A stretch of DNA of 64,000 nucleotides from the human T2T-CHM13v2.0 reference genome, Homo sapiens: NCBI RefSeq assembly GCF_009914755.1, contig NC_060940.1; one strand, given 5' to 3'. The notes beneath the pieces were generated by a model. The model made no database searches, was not told where the DNA came from, and worked only from the letters and a program-made list of their open reading frames with translations. Numbering within the stretch: position 1 is the stretch's first letter; each line of letters opens with the position of its first letter. Made by a program: the position numbers and the translations under genes. This document shows, in pieces, positions 13,692 through 26,139 of the stretch.

Positions 13692-13859
13692 TAAGATCAC
13701 CAGATAAAGTAGAAAATTCCACCATAAATATGAATTGCAGACTAAAAAAACCCTCAAAATTGTTCAGCTTATATAAATATGCCCCATGAAGTATTTAGGA
13801 CATACTACTTATACCTACTTGGTGTCCTTTATTCTTGTTTGCTAAATCTAGCTATCCTA
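13692..13859. mobile_element. MER53 hAT MITE
   Basis: Ends taagatcaccagataaa ... tttgctaaatctagctatccta; internal 'aaatatgaattgcaga' and 'ggacatact'. Confidence 0.7.
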
Positions 13860-14679
13860 CTCCATAAACCACTTTGCATGGTATCAGCCACAGTTTTCAG
13901 AAACATTAGCTATTATTAGGATATCACTATAGCTTCACTGGAAGAGGCAATATAGAGATATATGTGTGTTGTGCATGAATAAATATATACCTTCTACAGA
14001 CAGTCTACTTTTTTAGGTATTCACAAAGGAGTGTGCTAATATTCATTTTAGCACTGACTGAAATCAGAGCAAAATCAAAATTTGACAAATAAAAATGAAA
14101 TGGAATTGCTGCATGATGAAGGCCCATAGAAAACCTCTCTGGTTTCACAAGGCTCAGAACATTCCAGTTTCACCACAACAGGACTGCTACACATGCGTGC
14201 CTGAATGCAGGGTGGGAGTGCAGGTCCGGGCAGGCCCGCTACCTGGAAATTCACTCTGTCCCAGCAGTCTGTTCCCTGCATAACTGCTAGTGTGTGCTGT
14301 TCCGAAAACTGCCAGTGGGCTCCTCCTGCTGAAGACACAGAGTGACTGTGACCAACTCTGAGTCAAGCAGATGTTGTCGACATCTAGGAGATGCGCCCAT
14401 CATTCTTTAAGTGGCTTGAGGGGGGCCTGTTTCATTTTCAGCCCCGTCCTTCTCCATCACTTCCTGCCCCGAGCAGTGGGCTTCCTGCCATTCATCCATG
14501 AGATCCCTGTTCTTCCCAAAAGACTGTGCTGAGGCCTTCGGCTAATGTGATCTGAGCAGGCAAAGATAAACTGGGCTGAATATTTAATGATCCTGCTTGT
14601 TGGGAAGACCAGTTTCATGGCATGCTAAGTTCAGGAAGTTAATGAAAAGGAGAGAAAAACCAAGACACGGATGTTTCTG

Positions 14680-14722
14680 GTGTGTGTGTCTCTGTGTGTG
14701 TGTGTGTGTGTTTGTGTGTGTG
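14680..14722. repeat. Imperfect (TG)n
   Basis: Directly visible. Confidence 0.9.
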
Positions 14723-14809
14723 TAGGAGGAGGGTTACACATAACTATTTTATTTTATATATGCATAGTTCTTACTGGGACTTGATAAATCCTATGATTAA
14801 TTGATACTT

Positions 14810-15140
14810 AGTTAACCCCACTGAAATTTACTGAGAATGTACTATCCACTCATGATGTAAATGCTGGCGATTCAGTGGTAAACAAGAAAGACAAGCCTCT
14901 GCCCTTTGTGGAGTTTACCTACCAATAAGAGGAAATCGATTACAAATAAGCAAACAAATAAACACCGTAAGTAATGTTTGTAATAATTACTGGGGAGGAA
15001 ATAACTAGGATTCAGAGACTAATGGGAATAGAAGATGTACTTTAGGAAGGTGTCTCTAAAGTGGAGGCTTTAGCAAGAGACCCACATAACCAAGGGAAGC
15101 AAATGAAAGTCAAAAGGAGACTTTTCAGAAGGGAATAGGC
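14810..15140 (-). mobile_element. L2 fragment
   Basis: 'atttactgagaatgtactat...tgctggcgattcagtggtaaacaagaaagacaag...ctgccctt'. Confidence 0.65.
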
Positions 15141-15835
15141 TTGTATCCAGCAGTTCTCAGGAACCTCATTCTAGAAGCCTCTGGAAGAGCTGGAGTTTTA
15201 TAAGAGAAGAGTATTAGCTCCAAGGCATCCATTGCATGCAATGAACAAAATTCAGTCTTCTGCATCTAGAATTCTAGAAGATTTCTAATTATTGGATGAA
15301 TTTCTCTTGTCTGCATTGAGCATGGTTCTAGTTATGTCCCATCCTTAGAAGCATTGGGAAAAATCATCATTCAAATCATGTTCTGTATTCAGTGGTTCAA
15401 ATAAGGGGCTCCAATTGAGAAAGTGTCTCAACTTCAGAGATTATGACAAGAATCCAGGTGATGAGGGCCTAGTCAATGGTGGAGAGAAGAAAAAAGCCAG
15501 AAATAAAAATGCATGTGACTTTAGATACTCCACCTGGTCCTCAGCTTCTTCATCTACAAAAGGATGTCATAACACCCCCCTTGGGAAGGCTTTTAGGTTT
15601 AAGAGACAACACACGCCAAATTGCTCAAATCGATGCCTAAGAGCAGTTGGCATGAAATAAATGTGCATTACTCTTCCCTTCTTCTTTTTTCTTCTTTTTG
15701 CACATGATTTACTTAACCCAAATCAGAATAAGGTACATCAGTCTAGCAGGCAACTGACTGCAGAAACCTTATATTCTTAGGTTTTCAAAGGGTTTCAATC
15801 ATCTTTTGATCCAGAAAGTCATTTGAAGACATGAA

Positions 15836-15867
<32 letters not shown>

Positions 15868-15878
15868 ACACACCACAC
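15836..15878. repeat. (CA)n
   Basis: Directly visible. Confidence 0.9.
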
Positions 15879-16269
15879 TAGATCTCTTTATAGACCACAA
15901 TATTATTTCCAGCAACAATCATGCTGTTCCCACTATTCTGAAAGTGAAATCCACAGTCTATGTCAATTTATCCATGGGAAGAGATGGGGGTGGAGTAACT
16001 GTGGCCAGAAATTTTGGATTTCAGGATCCCGTTCATACCTCTGCCTCCCACCTCTCACACACATCTCTGAGGCTCCATTTATGAACCTAGCATCACCATA
16101 GAGTGTTCCAATGGCCAAAAGTTGCTGGAACCACTTGGTAAACTTCTGTTATTTTCCAAATGCACCATAACACAGAGTTATGCACTCTTACATGCACTCA
16201 GATGGACATGAGCACTCACACTGGAAAATTCATTTGCAGCTAAATGCTTTATGCTGCCACCACACTGAA

Positions 16270-16395
16270 TTAGAATTATCTGATTCCCTCACTTGCCCAT
16301 TACTTGACTCTAAGCTTTGGAGGACTGAGCCTTGTTTATTTTGCTCTGCTTTGTACTGCTGTCTGCCAATAGCTATTTGTTGAATAAATAAATAA
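16270..16395 (+). mobile_element. L2 3' end
   Basis: 'gactctaagctttggaggactg...tatttgttgaataaataaat'. Confidence 0.6.
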
Positions 16396-17508
16396 AACTG
16401 AAAGGTAAACAAGCAAACAAACTCAAAACCATACGTGTATGGCCAATATGAACTCACAAACAGATCCCCAACTCATATGCCTTCCAGATCACACTCAGAG
16501 GCACATTCACATGCCAGCCATGTGTGTGAGTCATGCATGTGCCCCGGCTCATGTTTGGACTGTCTCTCAAGTTGTTCCATTCATCTCTCAGCACCCCTAT
16601 GTCTCTGCGTATTTTGACTAGAGTATTCCAGGCACCTGGCTGGTTTACATTGTGGCTTCCCAGATGGGAGCAGATAGAAGAGACCACATGAAAGCTTTTA
16701 GCATCCTCTGTTCTTCAAAGCTTGCCGTTCATATCCCCAGACCAGGTGGTCAGCAGGGTCGAATGTGGTTCATGGGCCTGACTCTGAGGTCTCTTTTTTA
16801 TGAGTTCAAACCCAACATTGACCACCAGGGAAGACTTAATCTATTTAATATATACCCTTCTCTGGGGTCCCAGATGGTGATGAGGCCAAAGCAAAGGTAT
16901 CAAACCACATGTGGTCTTTAAATAGCCCTTGATGTTTGTCACAGGGGTTGAGCCCGGGGCCTGGACCCATTCCAGTTGGTAATTGATAATTCCAACTGGT
17001 AATTATGTGCTCTGGGTAGTTTCGGTTGGCATCTGCACATCCTGTCCTCAAATGGCGAGAGGTGTTCCCAGATTTCATGCCAGAGGTGGCTCCATTTCAA
17101 GCCCCATAAAGTTTCTAAATACCTTTGGAATGCTGCAGGATAAAAGATACTGTCCTCATTAAACACATGGGCTTCTCAAAAGAAAACCCATTACTCTCTG
17201 ATGATGACAGTTTTTCCTGATCCTTATGTTCCTTGTTAAAGGAAAATGTCACTTAATAAAGAAGACACACATAACTCTTTCCAAGAATTAACTAATTATG
17301 CCAACCAACCTCCTAAGGAGAGAGACAAGTGATTTGGTTACAAATCATTATATCCTTCAGGATATAGAGTTGTTCTAGATTTTCTTGATGCTTTTTTGTC
17401 TTCCTTTTTATTTTTCACTTTTTGCTATATAATTAATGAAAACCCTTAGATTGAGGTCCGTTCATTTCTCTCCCTATAGCGTACCCGTCCATTTAAGAAG
17501 ATGTAGGC

Positions 17509-17808
<300 letters not shown>

Positions 17809-17842
17809 TTATATTCTATTCTTGTTTAGAATAGACGCTGGC

Positions 17843-18199
<357 letters not shown>

Positions 18200-18392
18200 C
18201 TATCAAAGGAATTCCAAAGCCAGACTCAGCTAAAAACCTAACATGTTGATCATGGAGATGACCACTTTCAAAACCCATGTGGAGGAGCCTTAGATTTTAA
18301 TGGCCAACCTTACAGATTTCTCTATTTCCTGAGAGTGTATCACGCTTGTTGTAAACATGTCTGGAAAGAACACATACTCCAGCCATGACCTA

Positions 18393-18900
18393 TGTGTTTA
18401 GTTCTTTATTACTGTGTAACAAATTACTACAAAACGAGGATCTGTAAAACAACAGCTTTTATTCTCAATTTGTTGGTTTAACTGGACTCAGCTGGGTGGT
18501 TCTTATGCTGGTCTCACTTAGGGTCTCTCAAGCACTTGCAGCAAATGATGGCTGGGGCTGGAAACATCTGAAGACAGAGACACTGTGATGGCTCTCATTT
18601 TCTTCCTGCCATCTCAGGACTATTTCTTTCCATGTGGCCATTCCAGACGAGTAGATAAACTTCTTGTAGGGTGACTCAGGGCTCCCAAGAGTGAACATTT
18701 CATGAAGTAAGAAGCAAAAGTGACAGTCCTCTTAAAGGCTGGGCCTGGAATCAACATTATATTACTTCCTCTGCATTCTATAGCCTAACGTGAGTGCCAG
18801 GCCAGCTCAGATTTCATTTGAAATTCACTTGGAAGTGATCACACAAGTGTGTGAAAACCAGGAGATGGTTCACTGGGGGCCACCCTTGTAGAACAGCCAT
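18393..18900 (-). mobile_element. MLT1 (G/H-like) MaLR solo LTR
   Basis: 'tattactgtgtaacaaattac', 'ggactcagctgggtggttctt', 'ggctggggctggaa', 'acttcctctgcattcta', 'ttcactgggggccacc'. Confidence 0.75.
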
Positions 18901-20544
18901 TATTGTCTTTCTTGTCAACCCCCATCAAAAGCAATTCATCCCATATTTGAGCATAGATGCATCAAATCCTGCTCACTCCACTCAGATCTAGTGCTGCTTC
19001 TTCTCTGGCCTGTCCCCTCCTCAATTTTCGTTCATATTTTAAGTTTGCGTTTTCTGCTTTCCCTTCACAGCATCAACATGGACCCATTTCCCCAGTTTTC
19101 AAATTCACTGAAAGCTCATAACGACTTCCACACTCTTAACTTGAAATCTGATAGGAATTTGATCCAAATTCAAGTCAAGTATTATTAAGTGAATTAACAA
19201 AATTGAGAAATGGTATAAGTAATATGATTATCTTTATTTAAAAGTACATAAATAAGCACATGTATGAGTACAGAGAATATATGAATTCTCTAAATGTATG
19301 GATTCACTAAGATGTCAGCAGAGATTTCCTCTAGGGAAAGTTTGGACTCTGGGAAACGGGTAACAGATAACTTTTTATTTTATCCTCCTCTAGATGTTAA
19401 AAAAAAATATTTTCAACTAGTTTGTGGTTCCTTTATAATAAAAACTAATTTAAAAACATAACCCAAGTCTAGGAAACATTGGCAGTATTTAGACCATGAA
19501 TCAGGCCTCATTCTTGGGATTAGTGTTTTTATAAGTGCTAATATGTTTTTAGCAAAGAACCCCACAGCTAATTTGGATGTACTCAAAGATGCACAGCAGG
19601 ACCCACCCACACATACATGAGCACATGCTGCATGCACCACACGCCCATAATTAAGCATTAAGTAGAAGTGTGCAACATCCATCAAGCAATAGGCAAAGCG
19701 TGCACAGTGTTTACCAAATCCAAACTGGTACTGAAAAGTTAATATTCTCAATTTTAAAACCAAAAGAGCATAACCAAGCTCTTCTTTTCTGCCTTCCTTT
19801 CTTGCGCTGAGTATTGAGAAGCATCCTCTGGGATGGTCACCCCAGAGTCTGGCTCACTTAGCTAGATACGCACCCAGCTAGGAACCACCCTGGGTGCCCA
19901 AGTGTCTCTCGCCTATCGGTTGCCTATCTCCCAGAATGCCTCTCTCTACAAGTGGCCAGAATGTAGCCCATGGGCCATTCTGAGAACACGCTCTTTCTTG
20001 AAATGGCAATGCAATGTGCTGGAGGGTTTCAGAGCTGATCAATGACTGCAACAGTGAGGTCAGGATGTACAGTTGTTTGACTCAGCTCAATAAATCTAAC
20101 TTTCTGGAGCAGGAAAAAGATCTCTATGTTTTAAAAATGCTTGTTTAAAGAACCCTGTAGAGATTCTGTGTCCTCTGCCCCAGCTCCTTCCCCAAATGCA
20201 CCACCATCTTGCTATTGCTAACACTCACACGAGTAGGATAGATTGTGAGTAGAAACATATTGACATATTGAAAAGCCCATTGATCTGCAGCCTTCACTGA
20301 ACCTAACATTCAGTCTGACAAGAGCTCTCAGTACTTCTAAGCACGTGCTTTTTATCTGCTTGCTGGAAGCCCGATTATCAGTCCTGACCCTTGCCCCAGT
20401 AGAGGCAGAAGGGGTGTTAGAGAGGATCTACCCAGTGGTTTTCCGAGATGGCCCCCAAGGACCTATTCCCATAGAAGAGCTTCTGTGGCCACAGCAGTGG
20501 GTGAGAAGTTCTCTCTAAATAGGAGAGATGGTGGCGGGAAGGAT

Positions 20545-20690
20545 AAACAAGACATTTTGTAGGAGCTAAACACTTCACATGCGCCATTTTATTTCTCACT
20601 GCAACAACCCCACGGGGTCAGTTCTATGAATGGTCTCATTTTCAGAAGAGGAAACTAAGGCTCTAAGATGCTAAAAAAGTTTGAGGCTAG
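20545..20690 (-). mobile_element. MIR relic
   Basis: 'caacaaccccacgg...ctcattttcagaagaggaaactaaggctc'. Confidence 0.65.
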
Positions 20691-20959
20691 GAATAAAGTG
20701 TGAGACTTTATCTAAAACAACCATTAAAACTCCACTTGTAGGCATTCCCACACATAATTTTGTATGAACAAGACTCTACAGCCAAAATCAGAAAAGTTTA
20801 AGAACTTCTGAACTAGTCTATGCATCAATTCTTTCCATTTTAGAGATGAAAGTCCTGATGCTTAGAGGAAGAAAAAAATAACTTCTCAAGTCAACTCAAG
20901 GCCACTAAGCAATAGGGAGAGAAATTGGAGTTAGAATGCCTACAAGTAATATTCATACT

Positions 20960-21200
20960 GGCAGCTAGTATTTGTTGATGGCATATTATGTGTCAGGTAC
21001 TATGCTTCTCAAATATGAGCTCATCTAACCCTCAGAACAACCATATGAAGTGGGTTCTCTTTGAGTCCCCTTATTTCAGATGGGGAAACAGAGACATAGA
21101 GATTCCGTCCCTTGCCTGAAGTCACAGGGCTACTGAGCAGTAGAGCCAGTTTCAAATTGAGGCTCTCTTGGACGAGGGCCCAGGCTCATGACCAGGAGGC
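20960..21200 (-). mobile_element. MIR, near full length
   Basis: 'tatgtgtcaggtactatgct...ttcagatggggaaacagagacatagag...cttgcctgaagtcacagggcta'. Confidence 0.8.
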
Positions 21201-21889
21201 AATCCTGTCTCTGCTGAGCCAGGCCTTGAGGGTAGAAATCAAGCTCCACAGATGAGTGCAGTGCCAGGTACAAAGTACGTGCTCAGGAAACACCAGTGGA
21301 ATGCAATGGACTTTATATTCCAGACAGTCTTCAGAGAACACTGAAATCTATGCATTCTCCTGTCATCTGCTCACACTGTCTGCCTTGAATGTGCCCATCA
21401 GTGACCATAGACACTTGCATAACCAGGTATCAAGGGCTATGCCTTCTCCAAGTTCCCCCTCCCATCTCCCTCTGAGCTAGGCTTGCTCCTTGTGACAGCA
21501 GGAGTTTCACTGACAAGCCCCTATAGAGGGTTGAGGGGTGGGGATGGCTCTGTGTCTGGGTGGCCACAGGAACTTCTGCAGAACCTCCAAAAGCTCTTGT
21601 ACCCCACCTGCCATAGCCATCACCTATTGTCCATGTCACAGGCACCATCCTCAAGTCTAGAAGTGCCGAGCGGCATGAGCCTTTCCTGCTGTTCGAATGC
21701 CATGCAGGGTGGGCCCAGCGGAATTTTGAAGTTGGTAGTGGATCCCGGTGGGTAAGGACTTGGTGTACAAAGTCAAATGAACATGTGTTTTCTTATTTTA
21801 GTCTTACTTTTTTACTTTTGGATGGATGGTTTGCAATTCTAGAGGTTCATGATGACATAAAGTAAAGAATGAGACTCTCTCCATCTCGT

Positions 21890-22090
21890 TTCACAAATCT
21901 GGGTTTAAATGTCAGCTTTGCAAGCATCAGCCTGTGTTTTGCTGCTTCAGGCCTCCATTTCCTCATCTGCAAAAGGAAGATAATGTAGCAATTCCCTTGG
22001 AGGCTGGCAGTGAGTATTAAATAAGAGGAGGCCTTGATTTTGGCAAAGTTCTGGAGCATTGGGAAATGATTAATAAATGTTAGCACCTCT
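21890..22090 (+). mobile_element. MIR relic
   Basis: 'ctgggtttaaat...gcctccatttcctcatctgcaaaag...taataaatgttagc'. Confidence 0.75.
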
Positions 22091-22644
22091 TAATAACTCT
22101 CTAGTATATCTCTTCGTGTGTGTGTTTGCTGCTGTAAGATCAGCCAGGACACAGAACCCTCCATAGGCACAAATTTATACATGTTGAATCTTATCTCCAT
22201 GCAGCCTTCTAGAAATACATTGTCATCTGGTAGACACATTTAAAGTTGTACTTAATGTGTCTGTGTGTGTGTGTGCTTATTTGTTAAGTGCATATAACAA
22301 AGAGGTGAGTTTACTTTTCCTTCAAGAAACTCAAATTGTTTGTAAAACCTTTAACAGAGATTAAATAGCTGATAATCAACTTTTACCGTGTTGTTGACTC
22401 TTTCAACATTTGTCTTAGTGATCTTCTCTGAAACGATGTGTACAGATTGTAGGATTCACTTCTTAGGCCGGCCATGGGAAAATTCTCCCCATGCTTTAGT
22501 ATCTTCCAGGGTAAAAAGGATGAGGCAGGAGCGGGTGGCTATAAGTCCTTCTCTTTGTCCCCCAAGCAAGTCTCTCTGAAATGTCACTTACCAAATAGCG
22601 GCAGGACACTCTGCTGTCTTCATTTGTGGCCACTCCACTTTTCT

Positions 22645-22648
22645 TTTC

Positions 22649-22680
<32 letters not shown>

Positions 22681-22958
22681 AGATGGAGTCTCACTCTGTT
22701 GCTCAGGCTGGAGTGCAGTGGTGCAATCTCAGCTCACTGCAACCTCTGCCCTCTGGGTTCAAGCAATTGTCCTGCCTCAGCCTCCTGAGTAGCTAGGATT
22801 ACAGGTGTGTGCCACCACACCTAGCAAATTTTGTATTTTTAGTAGAGATGGGATTTCACTATGTGGGTCAGGCTGGTCTTGAACTCCTAACCTCATAATC
22901 TGCCCTCCTCTCCCTCCCAAAGTGCTGGGATTACAGGCATGAGCCACCACACCTGGCC
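22645..22958 (-). mobile_element. AluS (Sg/Sx-type)
   Basis: Antisense Alu with (TTTTC)n tail; TSD ccact(c/t)cac(t/a)tttct on both sides. Confidence 0.92.
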
Positions 22959-23019
22959 ACCACTTCACATTTCTATTGCTGGCCTGAGAAATTGAGGTAG
23001 TTGGGAAGTAGCTTGCACC

Positions 23020-23190
23020 AATTCAAACAACACGGATAATACTAGCTTCAGCATCTACTACCTTTGGGATCTGGGGTGAATGATTCAACCTCACTGACTG
23101 TATTTCTCATCCGTAAAATCAGAATAAGAGTAGACCCCCTTCACAGGGCTCAGGTTTGTGTTAAAGACAATATGAGCCTGAGTATTTGGT
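23020..23190 (+). mobile_element. MIR relic
   Basis: 'tatttctcatccgtaaaatcagaataagagtag...cttcacagggct'. Confidence 0.65.
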
Positions 23191-23759
23191 AATTTTTCTT
23201 TCCCTCAGAACAACCATATGAAGGCGACAATTTCAAACACCCAGCCCTAAGGAGACAGCTTCTTGGCCTCCCGACTGCCTTTCTTCGTGAAATCTTTCCA
23301 AACACCTCAACACACACACACTTTTGCCCTTCTCTGACCTCCGTGCTACATAGGATCTGACCCAGGGAAGTGGTCTCCGAGTAGTACTGACAAACCATCT
23401 CTAATAGGCACGAGATCCTTTTGATTTTTTGAAGCCTGTATCCCAACCCATGTTATAAATATCAGAAAATCAGAACCAATTTGTGATTTAAAAAAATGTC
23501 TCTAATATTTTTCTATTAGCATCTGGCAAATAGATGTTTGGAAAAATACCGATGGGACAACATGGTGTCTAAAAGTGCAGCAAACTTTGTTATACATGGT
23601 AAAGGGAGTCAGATTGCAAGTGAAGACATACTTATATCAGGGAAAATTAGGAGAAAATTAAAAATCCCCTCTACATATAACCAAAAATGGGAGGGATAAA
23701 CATAAAGGGTAGATATAAGAAAATGTAACACTGGGTGAGTTCTTCTTCAAATTAACACA

Positions 23760-24150
23760 CAAAATATTTACTGAATTGATATTAGAAGTTGGAAAACAAT
23801 TGACTAAATGACTGAAGGTCATGGAAGAAATGCTATGTACAAACCACTGTGTGCTAACATCTGGGACCTGTCCTCATAGATGGCCTAGTTTAGGGAAGGA
23901 ATGACACGTAACAAGGAATTTTAATAAAAGTTCACATCTGCACCGGCGATTATGAGCTGGTGGAGTGGAGAATCAGTCTGGGAAGGCTTCCCGGAAGAGT
24001 AAGAACATTCTGTAGAGGGTTAACAGTGAGAACAAAGGTGGGAGAGATGTCACATCCAGATGAGAAAGCTGTTCTTTATAGGATGGTCCCCAGGCATGAA
24101 CAGCTCTGTGAGATGGTGAGAGATTGAATGAGCACCACAGAGGAGGTCTT
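23760..24150 (-). mobile_element. L2 fragment
   Basis: 'aaaatatttactgaa...cctgtcctcatag...tcagtctgggaaggcttcccggaagag'. Confidence 0.55.
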
Positions 24151-24253
24151 TGCTCTAGAAGGGCCGATCTGAGAGGGGGCCCCAAGTTCTCCTTCCACTC
24201 ACCACTCCCTGCTTACACTGGGAAGAGAGCTCCTTCCTGTTTTAGGTTCAGGC

Positions 24254-24445
24254 CAGTGCCTCTAAGCTTGAGTGTCTATCAAAATCCTTGGGGGTTGTGG
24301 GGCGGTGTTGCTAAAATGCAGACTGCTAGTCCCTCCCCCTGAAGTCTCTGATTCATTGTATCTGGGATAAGGCCTGGGGATTTCATCTTCAGCAAGTTCT
24401 CAGGGGATGCTGCCAGCCCAGGGAACCCCACTTTGAGATCAGCTG
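24254..24445. mobile_element. MER5A
   Basis: cagtg... 'tgctaaaatgcagactgct...tctgattca...gggataaggcctggg...cagcaagttctcaggggatgctg...cactttgaga' ...ctg. Confidence 0.85.
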
Positions 24446-24739
24446 GCCTTGGTATTCCCCAGACAGAGACATTAAGTCCCAGCTGACAGTGTTGGAGCAA
24501 GGATAAGATTGTAAAACACAGCCCGCTGCTCACCAAATCCCTGGCACGGGCCTTGTGCACACTCTGAAAGTGTGTCCAAACCACACAGTCCCATTCTTGC
24601 CTGCCAAAGTCAGGTATCCTACAGCAAGGCCGGGGGTGGGGGCGTCCCCACCCAACACTCTGCAGAGTTTCACAGCCCCAAGAACTCACCTGCAGAAAGA
24701 TCTTTCCAGGCCTTATAGTGTACATCTAGATACTAGGTC

Positions 24740-25260
24740 TTGGCGCCTGTTGAAAGGAATCGTGCCTGCGTTAATTATTCCACCACAGTGAGTGACTCCA
24801 ACAGGAATCGTGGTGGCTAATTATGAAGCCTCCTCGCCCGCAACCAGATTCCAGATTGGGGTCCCCTGGGTTCTAACTGTGCCATTAACTCTGATTAGGC
24901 ATGTGTGGCCCTTTATTCTTGTTGCTGCTAACATCCTAATCTGAGTTTCTTCAACTTTGAAGTGGGGATGAGGTCGCTTTATTGTTTCAGGAACGGATAC
25001 ATGGTTGCTGCTTATTAAATGCTAATTAGTACATGATAAGTGCAATTAGAGGGTCGGAGCTGACTGCTAAAACCCGCCCAGCAGTGAAGCTGGCCATTGC
25101 GAGGAAAACCAGTTTACCCAGCTACAGAGAGAATAATCGGGAAGTAAAACAAGCCTTGAAGAGCTTATTTGTTTCTGAGGCCAAGTTCCACTTGTTTAGA
25201 GTTTACACCTTTCTACATTTTATATTTGCTTTATTTCTTATTTTTTCCTCCTCCCCAAAG
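24740..25260. promoter_or_regulatory. Candidate enhancer / conserved non-coding element
   Basis: Repeat-free, with locally retained CpGs; clustered TAATTA (x3), TAATC/GATTA, FOX-like (GTAAAACA, TATTTGTTT, TGTTTA) and SOX-like (ATTGTT) motifs. Confidence 0.5.
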
Positions 25261-25505
25261 ACATTGACTAGAACGCCTTGGGATGTAGCTTGCAAGATAC
25301 ACCCTGAGCCCACTTAAAGAGCAGGACACAGCTTGGGACGCGAATGGGCTGCCTGCTTAGCTGGTGGCTGGTTTTGCTGTAGCAATAAAAACCTTAAGGC
25401 CTGGTGGCATGCCTCCCTTCAACCACCCCAGGATCTCAGTTCTGAGGTCTCTGAAGTCTCTAAAGTTTTCTTGCCTTTCCGTAACAGGCGCGAGAAGGCT
25501 TCTGC

Positions 25506-25783
25506 GGCTGGGTGTGGTGGCTCACACCTGTAATTCCAGCGAGGGTGGGAGGATCACTTGAGGCCAGGAGTTCAGGACCAGCCTGGGCAACATAAAGAGA
25601 CCCTGTCTCTACAAAAAATTAAAAAATTAAAAAATTGTCCCAGTATGGTAACAAGCCCCTGTAGTCCCAGCTACTGGGAAAGCTCAGGTGGGAGGATCAC
25701 TTGAGCCTAGGAGTTCAAGGCTGCAGTGAGCTAGGATTGTACCACTGTACTCCAGCCTGGGCAACAGAGCCTGCCTCTGAACA
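25506..25783 (+). mobile_element. AluJ with left-arm deletion and eroded tail
   Basis: ggaggatcacttgag in both arms, aggctgcagtgagct; TSD agaaggcttctgc / aaagggtttctgc. Confidence 0.88.
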
Positions 25784-26139
25784 AAGGGTTTCTGCCACTC
25801 CATGCTTAACGACTGCATCCCAGGCAGGCAAAGGAGAAGGAACAGATGGGCTGAACCTGTCCCACTTCTTTGAGGAAAGTGAGTGTGTCCCTAACAGCAC
25901 ACACCCTCTCCCAACAGGGTTTCCCTTAAACTTCACCGACAATCCTGTGCCATTGTGACCCTAGCTGCAAAGGGTTCTGGGAGAGTGAGCATTTCCCAGG
26001 GCAGTGAGCACATTGCTGTTCTGGACAAAATCAGTCTGAGCAGAGAAAGGAGAGGATGAGTTTGAAGTAAGCAGCTGCCTATATCCATCCAACAGTTGAG
26101 CTCAGAGGCAGGCAGCATGAGGGTGGAAAGCTCTGCAGC

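Larger units (their letters stand above)
13025..13920 (+). mobile_element. MIR split by MLT1C and MER53 (MIR pieces at about 13025-13205 and 13865-13920)
   Basis: 'cctgggttgcaatc...ccttggacaagttattta...agttttctcat'; the MIR tail resumes after the insertions. Confidence 0.6.

Noticed and set aside
22300-22310. Isolated consensus donors GAG|GTGAGT (also 9235 in a MIR and CAG|GTGAGT at about 50913 in L1) and an acceptor at 45757
   Set aside because: No matching partner site defining a plausible exon; expected by chance
24740-25500. CpG island or gene promoter
   Set aside because: CpG and GC content are only mildly raised, below island level; treated as enhancer-like instead
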